Shown in pieces: positions 55,323-64,000 of a stretch of 64,000 bases of DNA (within the stretch, counting starts at the first letter, position 1; each line of letters opens with the position of its first letter). The stretch is from a virus (lineage: Duplodnaviria > Caudoviricetes): IMG/VR virus record IMGVR_UViG_3300034062_005626. One strand, given 5' to 3'. The notes below the pieces were generated by a model. It saw only the letters and a list, made by a program, of their open reading frames with translations, was not told where the DNA came from and searched no databases. A program made the position numbers and the translations under genes.

Positions 55323-57536
55323 TTAAAAATCATACTTAATCGGATACTGTTGAACACCTTGTCTTTTTTCGGGTGATTGTATCTTAGATATAACCATAAG
55401 TTCTTTATTCGCATTGTAAAGTGCTACTTCTGTGACATAAGGTGGTGTTGTTCCGTCCCAAGTTGGGTTTGATGAATCAAAAAATTGTGTTTGTCCCAAA
55501 TTACATAAGAAATTCATAACATATATTGTTGCTTGAATATCCGTTTCAATTGTTCCAAAAAAGAAAAACTCACCTCCAAAATTTAAAGTTATACCAGTTT
55601 GATTTAATACAGGTAGACTTATATAATCATTCAAATCATATATTGGTGCCGTATCATACATATTTTTTGTCAACTGAATAGTTGTTCCCGTCAATCCTGA
55701 TATGGTTAAATATCCACCAACCGTGGTTGCAGAAAGTTGTGATAATACATTAATTTCTCTCCATTGTGTAACATCAGGTCTTGTCGTGGCACTTGATACT
55801 TTTTGTGCTAAAAGTTTTATATCTGTGGCGGTAAATCCTGATGGTAGTCCTGAAACAGGAACTTTCAAAAACGGAAACTCATTTCCAAACCTTACAAGAA
55901 TATCAGAAGCTCCCGGTAATAAACTTTGGTCGTTTCCTGTTATAGTCTGATAGTAATTACAATGTAATGAATTTGTAAATGCTGAGTTATTTAATCTGTA
56001 TGTTAAAAATAAAGTTTCAGTATCTCCCGTCAATAATCCTTGTGTCCCACCTAATACACCACTAAATGTATTTGGAGTCACAAGACCTAATTTTGGTGCC
56101 GGTAATGTCCAACTTCTATTTGATTTGTAATTCAACGCCGCAACTATTTCATCATCATCAAATACAATTATTTTTAAATCAGGAAAAACTTTACCAATTC
56201 TATTTGGGAAACCATTTGTGTTTGCGTGTGTGTCCCAAAGGTGATAGTATCTTAATCCCGGTGCGTTAAAATTGATGCTCTTTCTTGATTCAATATAATG
56301 TGGTGTAAATAAATTAAGGTTTGTAAATCCTGAAGGGTCTGTATAAAATACTTCACCAACTTTCGCATTAGGATTTTTATGCCACATTAACCAAGGAATG
56401 GATAGTTTGAAATTTCTAGCCTGACCTGTATTTCCAGGGTTAGTACTATCATAATCTTGCATTGCGAACTTTTCACCATAATAGTTGTCAATTGCTTGAT
56501 TTGTATAATGAACTATTGCAATAGCCTTTTGGTCTGATGGTTTAACGGTTATTTTTTCTGAAAATGAATTGTAAAAATAAACTGAGTCAGTATCTGTTTG
56601 ACCACTATCTGAATAGTAACCCAAATATTCTTTACTACCTGTATATCCTGTTGATTGGAAATAATTAAAATCTTGATTTACGGTGTTAAAAATACCTGCC
56701 GGTGATTCGGTCCATGGAATATTCATATTCCAAACTTTAACATCCTTTTGTGAAACATCACAATTTGTTTCAAAATTGAAAACGTTTGGATTCCAATACG
56801 GTTCAGGAGTAAATGAGTCATAAATGACAGTCATGCCTGATGGGTAAAAAACAACTTTAGAGTCTCCTGTATACCCCATACCACTAAAGTTTGGTAATTG
56901 TCTATCTACTTGTACGGTTACTGTTGTTGCAGTGGAAGTATTTCCCGTTACACCCACTACAACATAACTAAATATTGGTGATGCTCCTGTAAATGGTTGA
57001 ATGTTATTCGTACCAAATAAAAACAAAAACATTCCATTAGTAACTGTACCTGAAACTGTTGGGTCTAAACTTGAATATTTAAGTGTTAAAACATTACCTG
57101 AAGTTACACCTGTGTTAGATACAACAAAATTTGGATTTATAGTATATGCAGATGAAGTATATGCGCTAAATACAACAGGAGTTCCTGTAGAACCTGTAAA
57201 AAAACCTCTTGGGGCTGCACTATTAAAGACATTATCGATATATGACGCATCAAAAGGGACACCTAATGTACTTCCCGATGTTGAATCTACAAATAAAGGG
57301 TATTTGACTTGCATTCTATTTTTTTCAGGAATTGGTGCTAAATTTTGAGCATTATATTGTGGCATCAAAACGTTTAGTTGAACGTAATCCGTGTTACTTG
57401 TTGCGTTATAGCAAACTTCACTATCTCCAACTTCAAAATACGCAATATCAAATTTACCTTGCGATATTTTTTTCCTTGCCGCGTCGGTTATTATAGTGTT
57501 GATTAACGCTGAGGTATTTTTGATTATGTATGACAT
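55323..57536 (-). CDS. virion structural protein (baseplate/tail-associated)
   Basis: T/S/G-rich; YVTEVALYN..KELMVISK C-terminal motif. Confidence 0.65.
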   Translation of the reverse strand: MSYIIKNTSALINTIITDAARKKISQGKFDIAYFEVGDSEVCYNATSNTDYVQLNVLMPQYNAQNLAPIPEKNRMQVKYPLFVDSTSGSTLGVPFDASYIDNVFNSAAPRGFFTGSTGTPVVFSAYTSSAYTINPNFVVSNTGVTSGNVLTLKYSSLDPTVSGTVTNGMFLFLFGTNNIQPFTGASPIFSYVVVGVTGNTSTATTVTVQVDRQLPNFSGMGYTGDSKVVFYPSGMTVIYDSFTPEPYWNPNVFNFETNCDVSQKDVKVWNMNIPWTESPAGIFNTVNQDFNYFQSTGYTGSKEYLGYYSDSGQTDTDSVYFYNSFSEKITVKPSDQKAIAIVHYTNQAIDNYYGEKFAMQDYDSTNPGNTGQARNFKLSIPWLMWHKNPNAKVGEVFYTDPSGFTNLNLFTPHYIESRKSINFNAPGLRYYHLWDTHANTNGFPNRIGKVFPDLKIIVFDDDEIVAALNYKSNRSWTLPAPKLGLVTPNTFSGVLGGTQGLLTGDTETLFLTYRLNNSAFTNSLHCNYYQTITGNDQSLLPGASDILVRFGNEFPFLKVPVSGLPSGFTATDIKLLAQKVSSATTRPDVTQWREINVLSQLSATTVGGYLTISGLTGTTIQLTKNMYDTAPIYDLNDYISLPVLNQTGITLNFGGEFFFFGTIETDIQATIYVMNFLCNLGQTQFFDSSNPTWDGTTPPYVTEVALYNANKELMVISKIQSPEKRQGVQQYPIKYDF

Positions 57537-57566
57537 ATTTTATAAATATATTTTTATAAATTTATT

Positions 57567-59159
57567 TTAAGATAAACCTATTTTTTGTAAAGGCATATAC
57601 TTTGGTGACCCGTTTACACTTATACCGTTACATGTTGATGGGGTTATAGTTACATTTGTTATTGTTACTGTATCTAAAATATAACCTTCAAGTTGACAAC
57701 CGTTAAATTCTATACTTGGAGTATTAATAAACTGAGTAATAGTACCGTTTATAATTCCTCCTGATGAAATACTTGCAGTGTATGTATTTGTAAATGAACT
57801 ATAATTTATATTAGATAAATTACAAGAAGGTCTAGTTTGTGAACTAGTAGTAACCACAGAGTTTGTTGGAGTACTTAAAGTTGCATTACCTGATGTTGTT
57901 GCAGTTATAGAATTTGTAATAACAGGTACGTTTGTTACGAAAGTTTTTCCTGTAAATCCAACGGCAGTATTAATTGTAAAGTTTACTGTTTTTCCTGCCG
58001 GTAATGTTGGTGTAACGTTTATTTGATAATACCAAGTTTTGGTAGTTGTAGTACCAACATTAGTTTGATTTGCCAACGGAGTTAAACTTAAATTAAGTGT
58101 ATAGTTTGTATAAGAATTTTGTGGTGTAAGTGTTACTGACTGAGTTGTTACTGTGTTATTAGTATCTTTTATATAAATTGTATAATTACCAGCAGCCAAA
58201 CCTAAAAATGTATTTGACATTTGATAATTAACTCCATTGATAGAATACGTGTAAGATGGAACTCCTCCATAACCCGTGACATTAATCACACCGTTAGATG
58301 TGTTAGAACAAGTTGGTTGTGTTGTTGAAACTGATAAAGTTAATGGCGGTGTTGTACAAACTCCTGTTGATACAAATACAGTACCTTGATATGTTCCAAG
58401 TAAAGACCAATTACCTGTAGGTGGCGTTGTTGGTTGTAATAAAGCGGGAACGCCAGGATTAGTCCATCCGCTAACTTCCCATCTTGTATTTCCTGTACTA
58501 TAGAATACCGTATAAGTTGAACTTGTCCAAGACGGGTAACCATTGATTGTTGAACCGCTGGTTAAAGTAGTTAAATACGTTGTATTAAAAGAAGGTGTAT
58601 ATTCAAAACATAAGTTTTGTGGGTATACAGGTGCTGGTGTCGGTGGAGGTAAACAATCTGAACAAGTGTCAAATGGCCCTGTAGATATTACTGCAAAATT
58701 ATTAATATAACTTTGTCCTGTATATAATGTTTGACCACTATGAGTCCAACAACCAACTTGACTTGTTAAACTGTACACTTTACCATCAACGAATTTTGAA
58801 GGTAAATCTGCAACATAATAAACAAAAGTTCCTGAATTTTCACAGTCTTCAAACTGTTCTAAATAGAAACTATCATAATCAACTGAACAAGTTGTTTGAC
58901 CTGTAAAATCACCATAATAATCTATAACTGTTGCAGTATAATTACCAGGTAGTAAATTAGTAAGTAAAGAACCTTGAGCCCCGTTACTCCAATTTATAGT
59001 ATAAGGTGGAGTTCCTCCTGTTACGTATAAGGTTATTAGACCATTAGTTGAATCAGGTGTTGACGCATTAATACTATCACAATCTAAACCTAATGGTAGA
59101 AGTGTTATTATATTACAACTATTTCCACTTAATAAACCCATCTTACCAAGTTGCCCCAC
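57567..59159 (-). CDS. T-rich virion/adhesin protein with SprB-like repeats
   Basis: VTGGTPPYTINWSNG, GGVPSYTYSING motifs. Confidence 0.7.
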   Translation of the reverse strand: MGQLGKMGLLSGNSCNIITLLPLGLDCDSINASTPDSTNGLITLYVTGGTPPYTINWSNGAQGSLLTNLLPGNYTATVIDYYGDFTGQTTCSVDYDSFYLEQFEDCENSGTFVYYVADLPSKFVDGKVYSLTSQVGCWTHSGQTLYTGQSYINNFAVISTGPFDTCSDCLPPPTPAPVYPQNLCFEYTPSFNTTYLTTLTSGSTINGYPSWTSSTYTVFYSTGNTRWEVSGWTNPGVPALLQPTTPPTGNWSLLGTYQGTVFVSTGVCTTPPLTLSVSTTQPTCSNTSNGVINVTGYGGVPSYTYSINGVNYQMSNTFLGLAAGNYTIYIKDTNNTVTTQSVTLTPQNSYTNYTLNLSLTPLANQTNVGTTTTKTWYYQINVTPTLPAGKTVNFTINTAVGFTGKTFVTNVPVITNSITATTSGNATLSTPTNSVVTTSSQTRPSCNLSNINYSSFTNTYTASISSGGIINGTITQFINTPSIEFNGCQLEGYILDTVTITNVTITPSTCNGISVNGSPKYMPLQKIGLS

Positions 59160-60723
59160 TTAATCTTTTCCAACCTGACGTATCTCTATAATACAAATAG
59201 GATGAATCATACGTTATTTGTCCGACTTCACCTGTTGGGTCCGTTGTTCCTGTTGGTGTGATAGAATTACCTTTAACAACAAAATTTGGAACGTACACAG
59301 TTTCAGCCTGAGTTCCTGAAATTGAAATACCTCCTAAAATTACTGAATGGTCAGCCATTAATGTTGAATTTTCACTACCAACTATTGCTGAATTAAAATA
59401 TTTAACAACGTTTCCTAAACCGCCTAATATAGATGAATTATAACATGGGTCAGATGGTGTTGCCGCTGATATAACGTTAAGTTCTCCACCTAATATTGTA
59501 CAGTTTGCGGAAGTACCCGATTGGATAGTATTCGTACTTCCCCCTAAAATAGCGCTAATTTCACCATTTATAGTGTGTTGTTCACCAAATCCAAAACTCG
59601 CATATCCGTTTGAAGTATTGTCGGCGCCACCAAGAAAACTTATATCTCCGTATATTTCATTACCATCACCTATAGAAAACCCGATACTCGCTTCTATTTT
59701 ATTACTATCTCCGAATGACGATGAACTAGTTCCATAAACTTTATTGTTAGACCCAAATGCTGAAGACGCATTTCCAAAAACTTTATTACTTTTATTAGTG
59801 GAAAATGTGCTACGACCAAAAGAATAATTTCCTTGTCCACCAGCGAACGAATAGGTCCCAATTGCTCCAGACTCGAAACCTTTTACAGATGCACTTTTAC
59901 CTCCTGCGGTTTGATTACCACCCCAAGATGATGGGTCATTTGTATCGCCCACATATAAATTACCTGTAGTAGAAAGTCCAGTGTCATAAAGGTATATAAT
60001 AGTCCTACCACCACTAAATGTTGTTCCTGAGACTTTTTGAAAATCGTCAGATAAAGTTGCCGCGAAGACAGAATTATCAATCCAAATAAATTCATTATTT
60101 GTATAATTCGCTGTGACGTTTCCATAAACACTACTTAAATAAAGTACTCCTGAAGTAAGTCCTGTTGCCAAATACGCAGTATTTGTTCCTGCTCTTGTAC
60201 TAGTTCCTTCAGAGTGTGAATTGGAACCAAATGCCTTTGTGTTAGACCCTTCAGCGTGTGATGTAGTTCCCGAAGCAATTGTATCCACACCTTCAGCATG
60301 ACTGTAATTACTTAATGCTTGTACATTATCTCCAAACGCAAAACTCAATGTATTTTGAGCGTCAGACCCTGTTGATTGGACCCTGTTATGTACTGTTATT
60401 TCGTTTGTACAGGCGTGGATATTATTTGTATAAAAACTTGTAATACAATTACCTGAACCACCTGTAAATGGTGTTGTTAGTCCTGATACGGTAAAGGTTC
60501 CTCCTGTTGTGTTAGTAAAAGTTATAGTCCCTCCTGAAGATACTGCAGTTCCTCCTGTTAAATAAACATCAGGTGAACCTCCGAATAAAGGTACTAATTG
60601 TGATAATCTTGCCTTATATGATGAGCCAGTTGGGCTTTGTGATGTGTCACCAGTTATTACAATATGTATGAGGTCATTAAGTGTTGCTCCTGTAGCTAAT
60701 GTCCTTGATGTTAAAGTTGCCAT
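59143..60723 (-). CDS. tail fibre-like protein with SHAEG beta-helix repeats
   Basis: Repeated SHAEG / ILGG..N units. Confidence 0.75.
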   Translation of the reverse strand: MATLTSRTLATGATLNDLIHIVITGDTSQSPTGSSYKARLSQLVPLFGGSPDVYLTGGTAVSSGGTITFTNTTGGTFTVSGLTTPFTGGSGNCITSFYTNNIHACTNEITVHNRVQSTGSDAQNTLSFAFGDNVQALSNYSHAEGVDTIASGTTSHAEGSNTKAFGSNSHSEGTSTRAGTNTAYLATGLTSGVLYLSSVYGNVTANYTNNEFIWIDNSVFAATLSDDFQKVSGTTFSGGRTIIYLYDTGLSTTGNLYVGDTNDPSSWGGNQTAGGKSASVKGFESGAIGTYSFAGGQGNYSFGRSTFSTNKSNKVFGNASSAFGSNNKVYGTSSSSFGDSNKIEASIGFSIGDGNEIYGDISFLGGADNTSNGYASFGFGEQHTINGEISAILGGSTNTIQSGTSANCTILGGELNVISAATPSDPCYNSSILGGLGNVVKYFNSAIVGSENSTLMADHSVILGGISISGTQAETVYVPNFVVKGNSITPTGTTDPTGEVGQITYDSSYLYYRDTSGWKRLSGATW

Positions 60724-60747
60724 TTTTTATTTTATATATATCAAAGT

Positions 60748-61038
60748 TTATTGAAAGTTATATGGTATTCCATCTTGAAATTCAAAACATATTAGGTCTT
60801 GAAACTGTTTATAGTTACATAAACTATCAGAACAGAACTCACAACCATTGCTGTCTATTATTTTAACAACATAACTATCCATCGATTCAAAGGAAACAGG
60901 TAATGTAAATGAATATGGAACTGAAGAAATTGTTGCAATATATTGACAAGTTCCGTATATCCCACATTCGTCACAAACCCAAATATCGTATGGACTTGTT
61001 CCTGAAGTTATTGTATTTAGTGTTACTATTGTTGCCAT
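60748..61038 (-). CDS. small virion-associated protein
   Basis: GTSPYDIWVCD...KIIDSNGC. Confidence 0.65.
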   Translation of the reverse strand: MATIVTLNTITSGTSPYDIWVCDECGIYGTCQYIATISSVPYSFTLPVSFESMDSYVVKIIDSNGCEFCSDSLCNYKQFQDLICFEFQDGIPYNFQ

Positions 61039-61042
61039 TTTT

Positions 61043-62650
61043 TTAACATACTCCGTTTACTGTGCAAAACTCGGTGATTACACCACTGTTGTCGACACTA
61101 TAAATTTTATTTCCGTATCTAATATAATCAATCGTTAATGGATATAATAACGATGAATTACTATATACTGTTACTCCTGTTTGTATTTGATTAACTGATG
61201 GATGAGTGTAGAATATTGTTTGTAATCCAAAATTAGTTAATTGACATCCAGGGCAATTAACCGAATATGCTCCATTACCAATCCATTCGTTAAATGTTCC
61301 AACAAGTGGTTCAACTTGTAGACACTCTGCACAATCAACATAAGTTGTGGCAGTAGTCGCTGTAAATCTATTTTCATTTACCACAATATAACCTGAAGGT
61401 GGAACATAATTTATGAAGTATCCTACATAACTATAACAATTTCCAGAATAATCTCTAATTACTTCTCCCGGGTCTAAATTAGTTGGTGGGGTTGCTGTTT
61501 GTGTAATCATCGATGTTGTCGTACAAGATGTAAACACAAAGTAAGTACCAGGTGCGTAAGTAGGTGTTGGGGTTGGTGTTGGTGTAGGTGTCGGAGTCGG
61601 TGTAGGTGTCGGAGTCGGTGTAGGTGTAGGTGTTGGGCAAATCGTACAAGCGGTATATGCTGAAACCACTAACTTAACTGTTGCATTAGGACTTGCTGTT
61701 GTATCTTGTATATATGTTGCACATTTTAATTGGTCATTAATAACCCCTAAGAATGTTTGTCCTGTTGATATTGGTGTGCCTGATAATTCCAAAGGACCTG
61801 AAACGTAATAAGAAACGTTTTCGTTACAATCTCTTAATTCCTTAACTCTAAAACATATAAAGTTTCCATCGTCTATTGTAAATGTTACAGTTTCACCAGT
61901 CAAATTGATTGTTGGTGTAGGAGTGGGTGTTGGGGTTGGTGTTGGTGTTGGTGTTGGTGTTGATGCACTAACACTAATGTTTACTGTAAAAGCACTACAT
62001 ATATTTGGAGTTGGTGTTGGTGTAGGAGTCGGGGTTGGTGTTGGTGTAGGAGTCGGGGTTGGTGTTGGTGTCGGCGCATCACAATCAACATCATATGAAA
62101 AATCAAAAGTATCACATACAGGAGTTGGTGTTGGTGTTGGGGGAACACAATCACCAGGATAAAATAAGTCGGTAAAAAGATTTGGACAAACAGAAGTCGT
62201 TGGGTTTTGTCCGTAGAAGAAACAATTTGTACCAGGTGCTGTACCTAAACACCATTTTGTAGCACTTTTATAGATATACCCTGGTTGTGTTCCTCCTGTG
62301 AAAAAGGGGAATCCGTTATATCCTCCCGCAACAACATATGTTCCGGTGTATGCAGAATATTCATCTTTATTTATTACAACACAATATTTATTAGAACAAC
62401 ATTCTCCTGTTGCACAACTTGAGGCGGTACATCCTGTTTGTAGTCCATATGTTCCATTAGGTACATAACTTGTTGCGGTAAACCCTGACGTAAACGCAGA
62501 AACAATTGAATAACATCCACTTACAACAGATGCATCATAAGTAATATAATAAACAGAAGTTACAGCCGAAGTCCCAGCGGTCCAATTAGTTTGGTTTGTA
62601 AAATATTGTAAACCGGGGTAACAACAACTCTGTAAAAGTATATTTGCCAT
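61043..62650 (-). CDS. Cys-rich virion protein with Pro-Thr stalks
   Basis: Four (PT)n tracts separated by Cys-containing modules. Confidence 0.75.
   Translation of the reverse strand: MANILLQSCCYPGLQYFTNQTNWTAGTSAVTSVYYITYDASVVSGCYSIVSAFTSGFTATSYVPNGTYGLQTGCTASSCATGECCSNKYCVVINKDEYSAYTGTYVVAGGYNGFPFFTGGTQPGYIYKSATKWCLGTAPGTNCFFYGQNPTTSVCPNLFTDLFYPGDCVPPTPTPTPVCDTFDFSYDVDCDAPTPTPTPTPTPTPTPTPTPTPTPNICSAFTVNISVSASTPTPTPTPTPTPTPTPTINLTGETVTFTIDDGNFICFRVKELRDCNENVSYYVSGPLELSGTPISTGQTFLGVINDQLKCATYIQDTTASPNATVKLVVSAYTACTICPTPTPTPTPTPTPTPTPTPTPTPTPTYAPGTYFVFTSCTTTSMITQTATPPTNLDPGEVIRDYSGNCYSYVGYFINYVPPSGYIVVNENRFTATTATTYVDCAECLQVEPLVGTFNEWIGNGAYSVNCPGCQLTNFGLQTIFYTHPSVNQIQTGVTVYSNSSLLYPLTIDYIRYGNKIYSVDNSGVITEFCTVNGVC
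61561..62145. repeat. Pro-Thr coding hexamer tandem repeats
   Basis: GGTGTT/GGAGTC/GGTGTA tracts at ~61561-61636, 61909-61961, 62006-62076, 62122-62145. Confidence 0.9.
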
Positions 62651-62694
62651 TAAATTTTCTTTTTATATAAATAACCCAAAGTTTTTTTTTGCAT

Positions 62695-63492
62695 TTAAAA
62701 CTCCAAATTTATTTCTTCAGGTTTATAACAGTAAAAATGTTTGTATGCATGAATAAATGCAACATCTTTTTGTTCTTCCATAGGTACTGACCATCCTGTT
62801 TTATCCCACCAATTTCCTATATTTTTGTCTTCGTATTGTGACCAATCATCCCATGGTCCCCAAGTAAATCCAAAAAATTGAAATAAAAATGAAAGAGTTG
62901 CATCACACCACTCCACAGGCCTTGAGTCTAATTTATATATTTCGTCCCAAGGTACTTCACCTAATCTATTATATATTTCTATAAACTTTTCTCTATTGAA
63001 AATTGCACCACCACAAGCCCCATAATTTTCTAAAGACCCTAATTCACTCCAAACGTGTCTTGAGTTGTCTTTAATATTAAATTTATTTTTTAGATATTCA
63101 TACAATTCTTTTGTGTAATATGGTCCATAAGCTCCTGATATATCAAACTTTGGTGGTATTGTTATTTCACATTTACACCAAACATCATCTTCATAATGAA
63201 TAATCCATTCAACGTCTTTAAGTGTTGTTAGACAAGCCTCATATATTCTTGTCAACCACCGATATAATCCATCTTTATCAACAAAAACTTTACCTGAATG
63301 TAGGTTATTAACTCCTTGTTGTTTAATCCAAGTGTAGTCACAATTAAATTTTTTTGCCACAGGCTCTAATAACTCCGAACCATCTTCAAATAAAGAAATT
63401 GGTGCGTTTGGATAAAATTTTCTAAACTGTTCAATTGCTTTATAACAAGCAACTAATTTATGACCTGATTGGTAAAAAACCCCTATATTCAT
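62695..63492 (-). CDS. GT-A fold glycosyltransferase-like protein
   Basis: N-terminal beta strand, WIIHYEDDVW (DxD-like), D..LS.LF. Confidence 0.65.
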   Translation of the reverse strand: MNIGVFYQSGHKLVACYKAIEQFRKFYPNAPISLFEDGSELLEPVAKKFNCDYTWIKQQGVNNLHSGKVFVDKDGLYRWLTRIYEACLTTLKDVEWIIHYEDDVWCKCEITIPPKFDISGAYGPYYTKELYEYLKNKFNIKDNSRHVWSELGSLENYGACGGAIFNREKFIEIYNRLGEVPWDEIYKLDSRPVEWCDATLSFLFQFFGFTWGPWDDWSQYEDKNIGNWWDKTGWSVPMEEQKDVAFIHAYKHFYCYKPEEINLEF

Positions 63493-64000
63493 ATTTCACC
63501 TGTAATTTGTTTAACCCAACCACTTTGTCTATGGTGTATCCAAATTGACCAACTTTTTGTTGTTCTATCCACCAAGAATGTTCTTTTTATATTTACGTAA
63601 TCACTTTTTACTTCATACAATTCTTTGATTTCATTACTATTGGCATCTTGTCTATAAATTTCATTTCCTAAATCGTCCAAAAATGAAATTGCCCAAAAAT
63701 CATAATCATCTTCAGGGGCTTCTAATCTTGGAACAATTATATTGTATGTAAACATAAAACTTTCTTTTTTATGCCAATCAGTTTCATCATTAATGGGTGG
63801 ATTTTCACCTTTCAATGTCTTTGGATGTAATTTTCTATCTAAAAAATTAATACCCGCATACAATTCATAATCACGATGAGTTCTTACATTACCTAATCCA
63901 TATTCCCCCAAGTCAATACCATGGTCTTCTTCTTGTAACATGTGTCTAAGTCTTATTTTGGACTTAGTATCCATTTCCCACCATGGTTCTTCAACTACCC
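63489..64000 (-). CDS. glycosyltransferase, C-terminal part (GlcNAc-transferase-like), runs off window end
   Basis: Frame open to the window edge (VVEEPWWEMDTK...); YGLGNVRTHRDYELYAGINF resembles the Skp1-type GlcNAc transferase family. Confidence 0.55.
   Translation of the reverse strand, partial: VVEEPWWEMDTKSKIRLRHMLQEEDHGIDLGEYGLGNVRTHRDYELYAGINFLDRKLHPKTLKGENPPINDETDWHKKESFMFTYNIIVPRLEAPEDDYDFWAISFLDDLGNEIYRQDANSNEIKELYEVKSDYVNIKRTFLVDRTTKSWSIWIHHRQSGWVKQITGEI

Noticed and set aside
1-64000. Stop-codon reassignment as seen in some huge phages
   Set aside because: Conserved genes (GSII, DnaJ, SbcC, sigma) are full length in code 11, and TAG/TGA act as true stops

Overview
A 64-kb AT-rich segment that reads as part of a large tailed-phage genome (jumbo/huge-phage class, T4-like gene repertoire). 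The host is probably Bacteroidota, because TAnnTTTG/TTTG promoter elements recur upstream of early genes. Most genes are on the minus strand and standard code 11 fits. Recognisable genes: truncated thyA, a T-like holin, HNH and GIY-YIG endonucleases, three DNA methyltransferases, glutamine synthetase II, glutaredoxin, DnaJ, an Hc1-like protein, a sigma70 factor, SbcC/SbcD, a PD-(D/E)XK nuclease, primase, a RuvC-like resolvase, virion/fibre proteins and glycosyltransferases. RNA content: 5 canonical tRNAs, 4 aberrant tRNA-like genes and an ~810-nt highly structured ncRNA (GOLLD-like). The most unusual observations are: (1) a 36-nt repeat/30-nt spacer array with CRISPR geometry that stays perfectly in frame inside a protein gene; (2) tRNA scaffolds whose anticodon domains are replaced, collapsed or expanded; (3) many unrelated cargo proteins sharing N-terminal leaders that end in a hydrophobic-x-Glu site, including a six-gene cassette array with conserved junctions; (4) rRNA-type boxA leaders on the phage ncRNA operons; (5) two unclassified structured RNAs near the sigma gene; (6) Pro-Thr-stalk virion proteins next to glycosyltransferases. 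All family calls come from motif recognition by eye; no database search was run.
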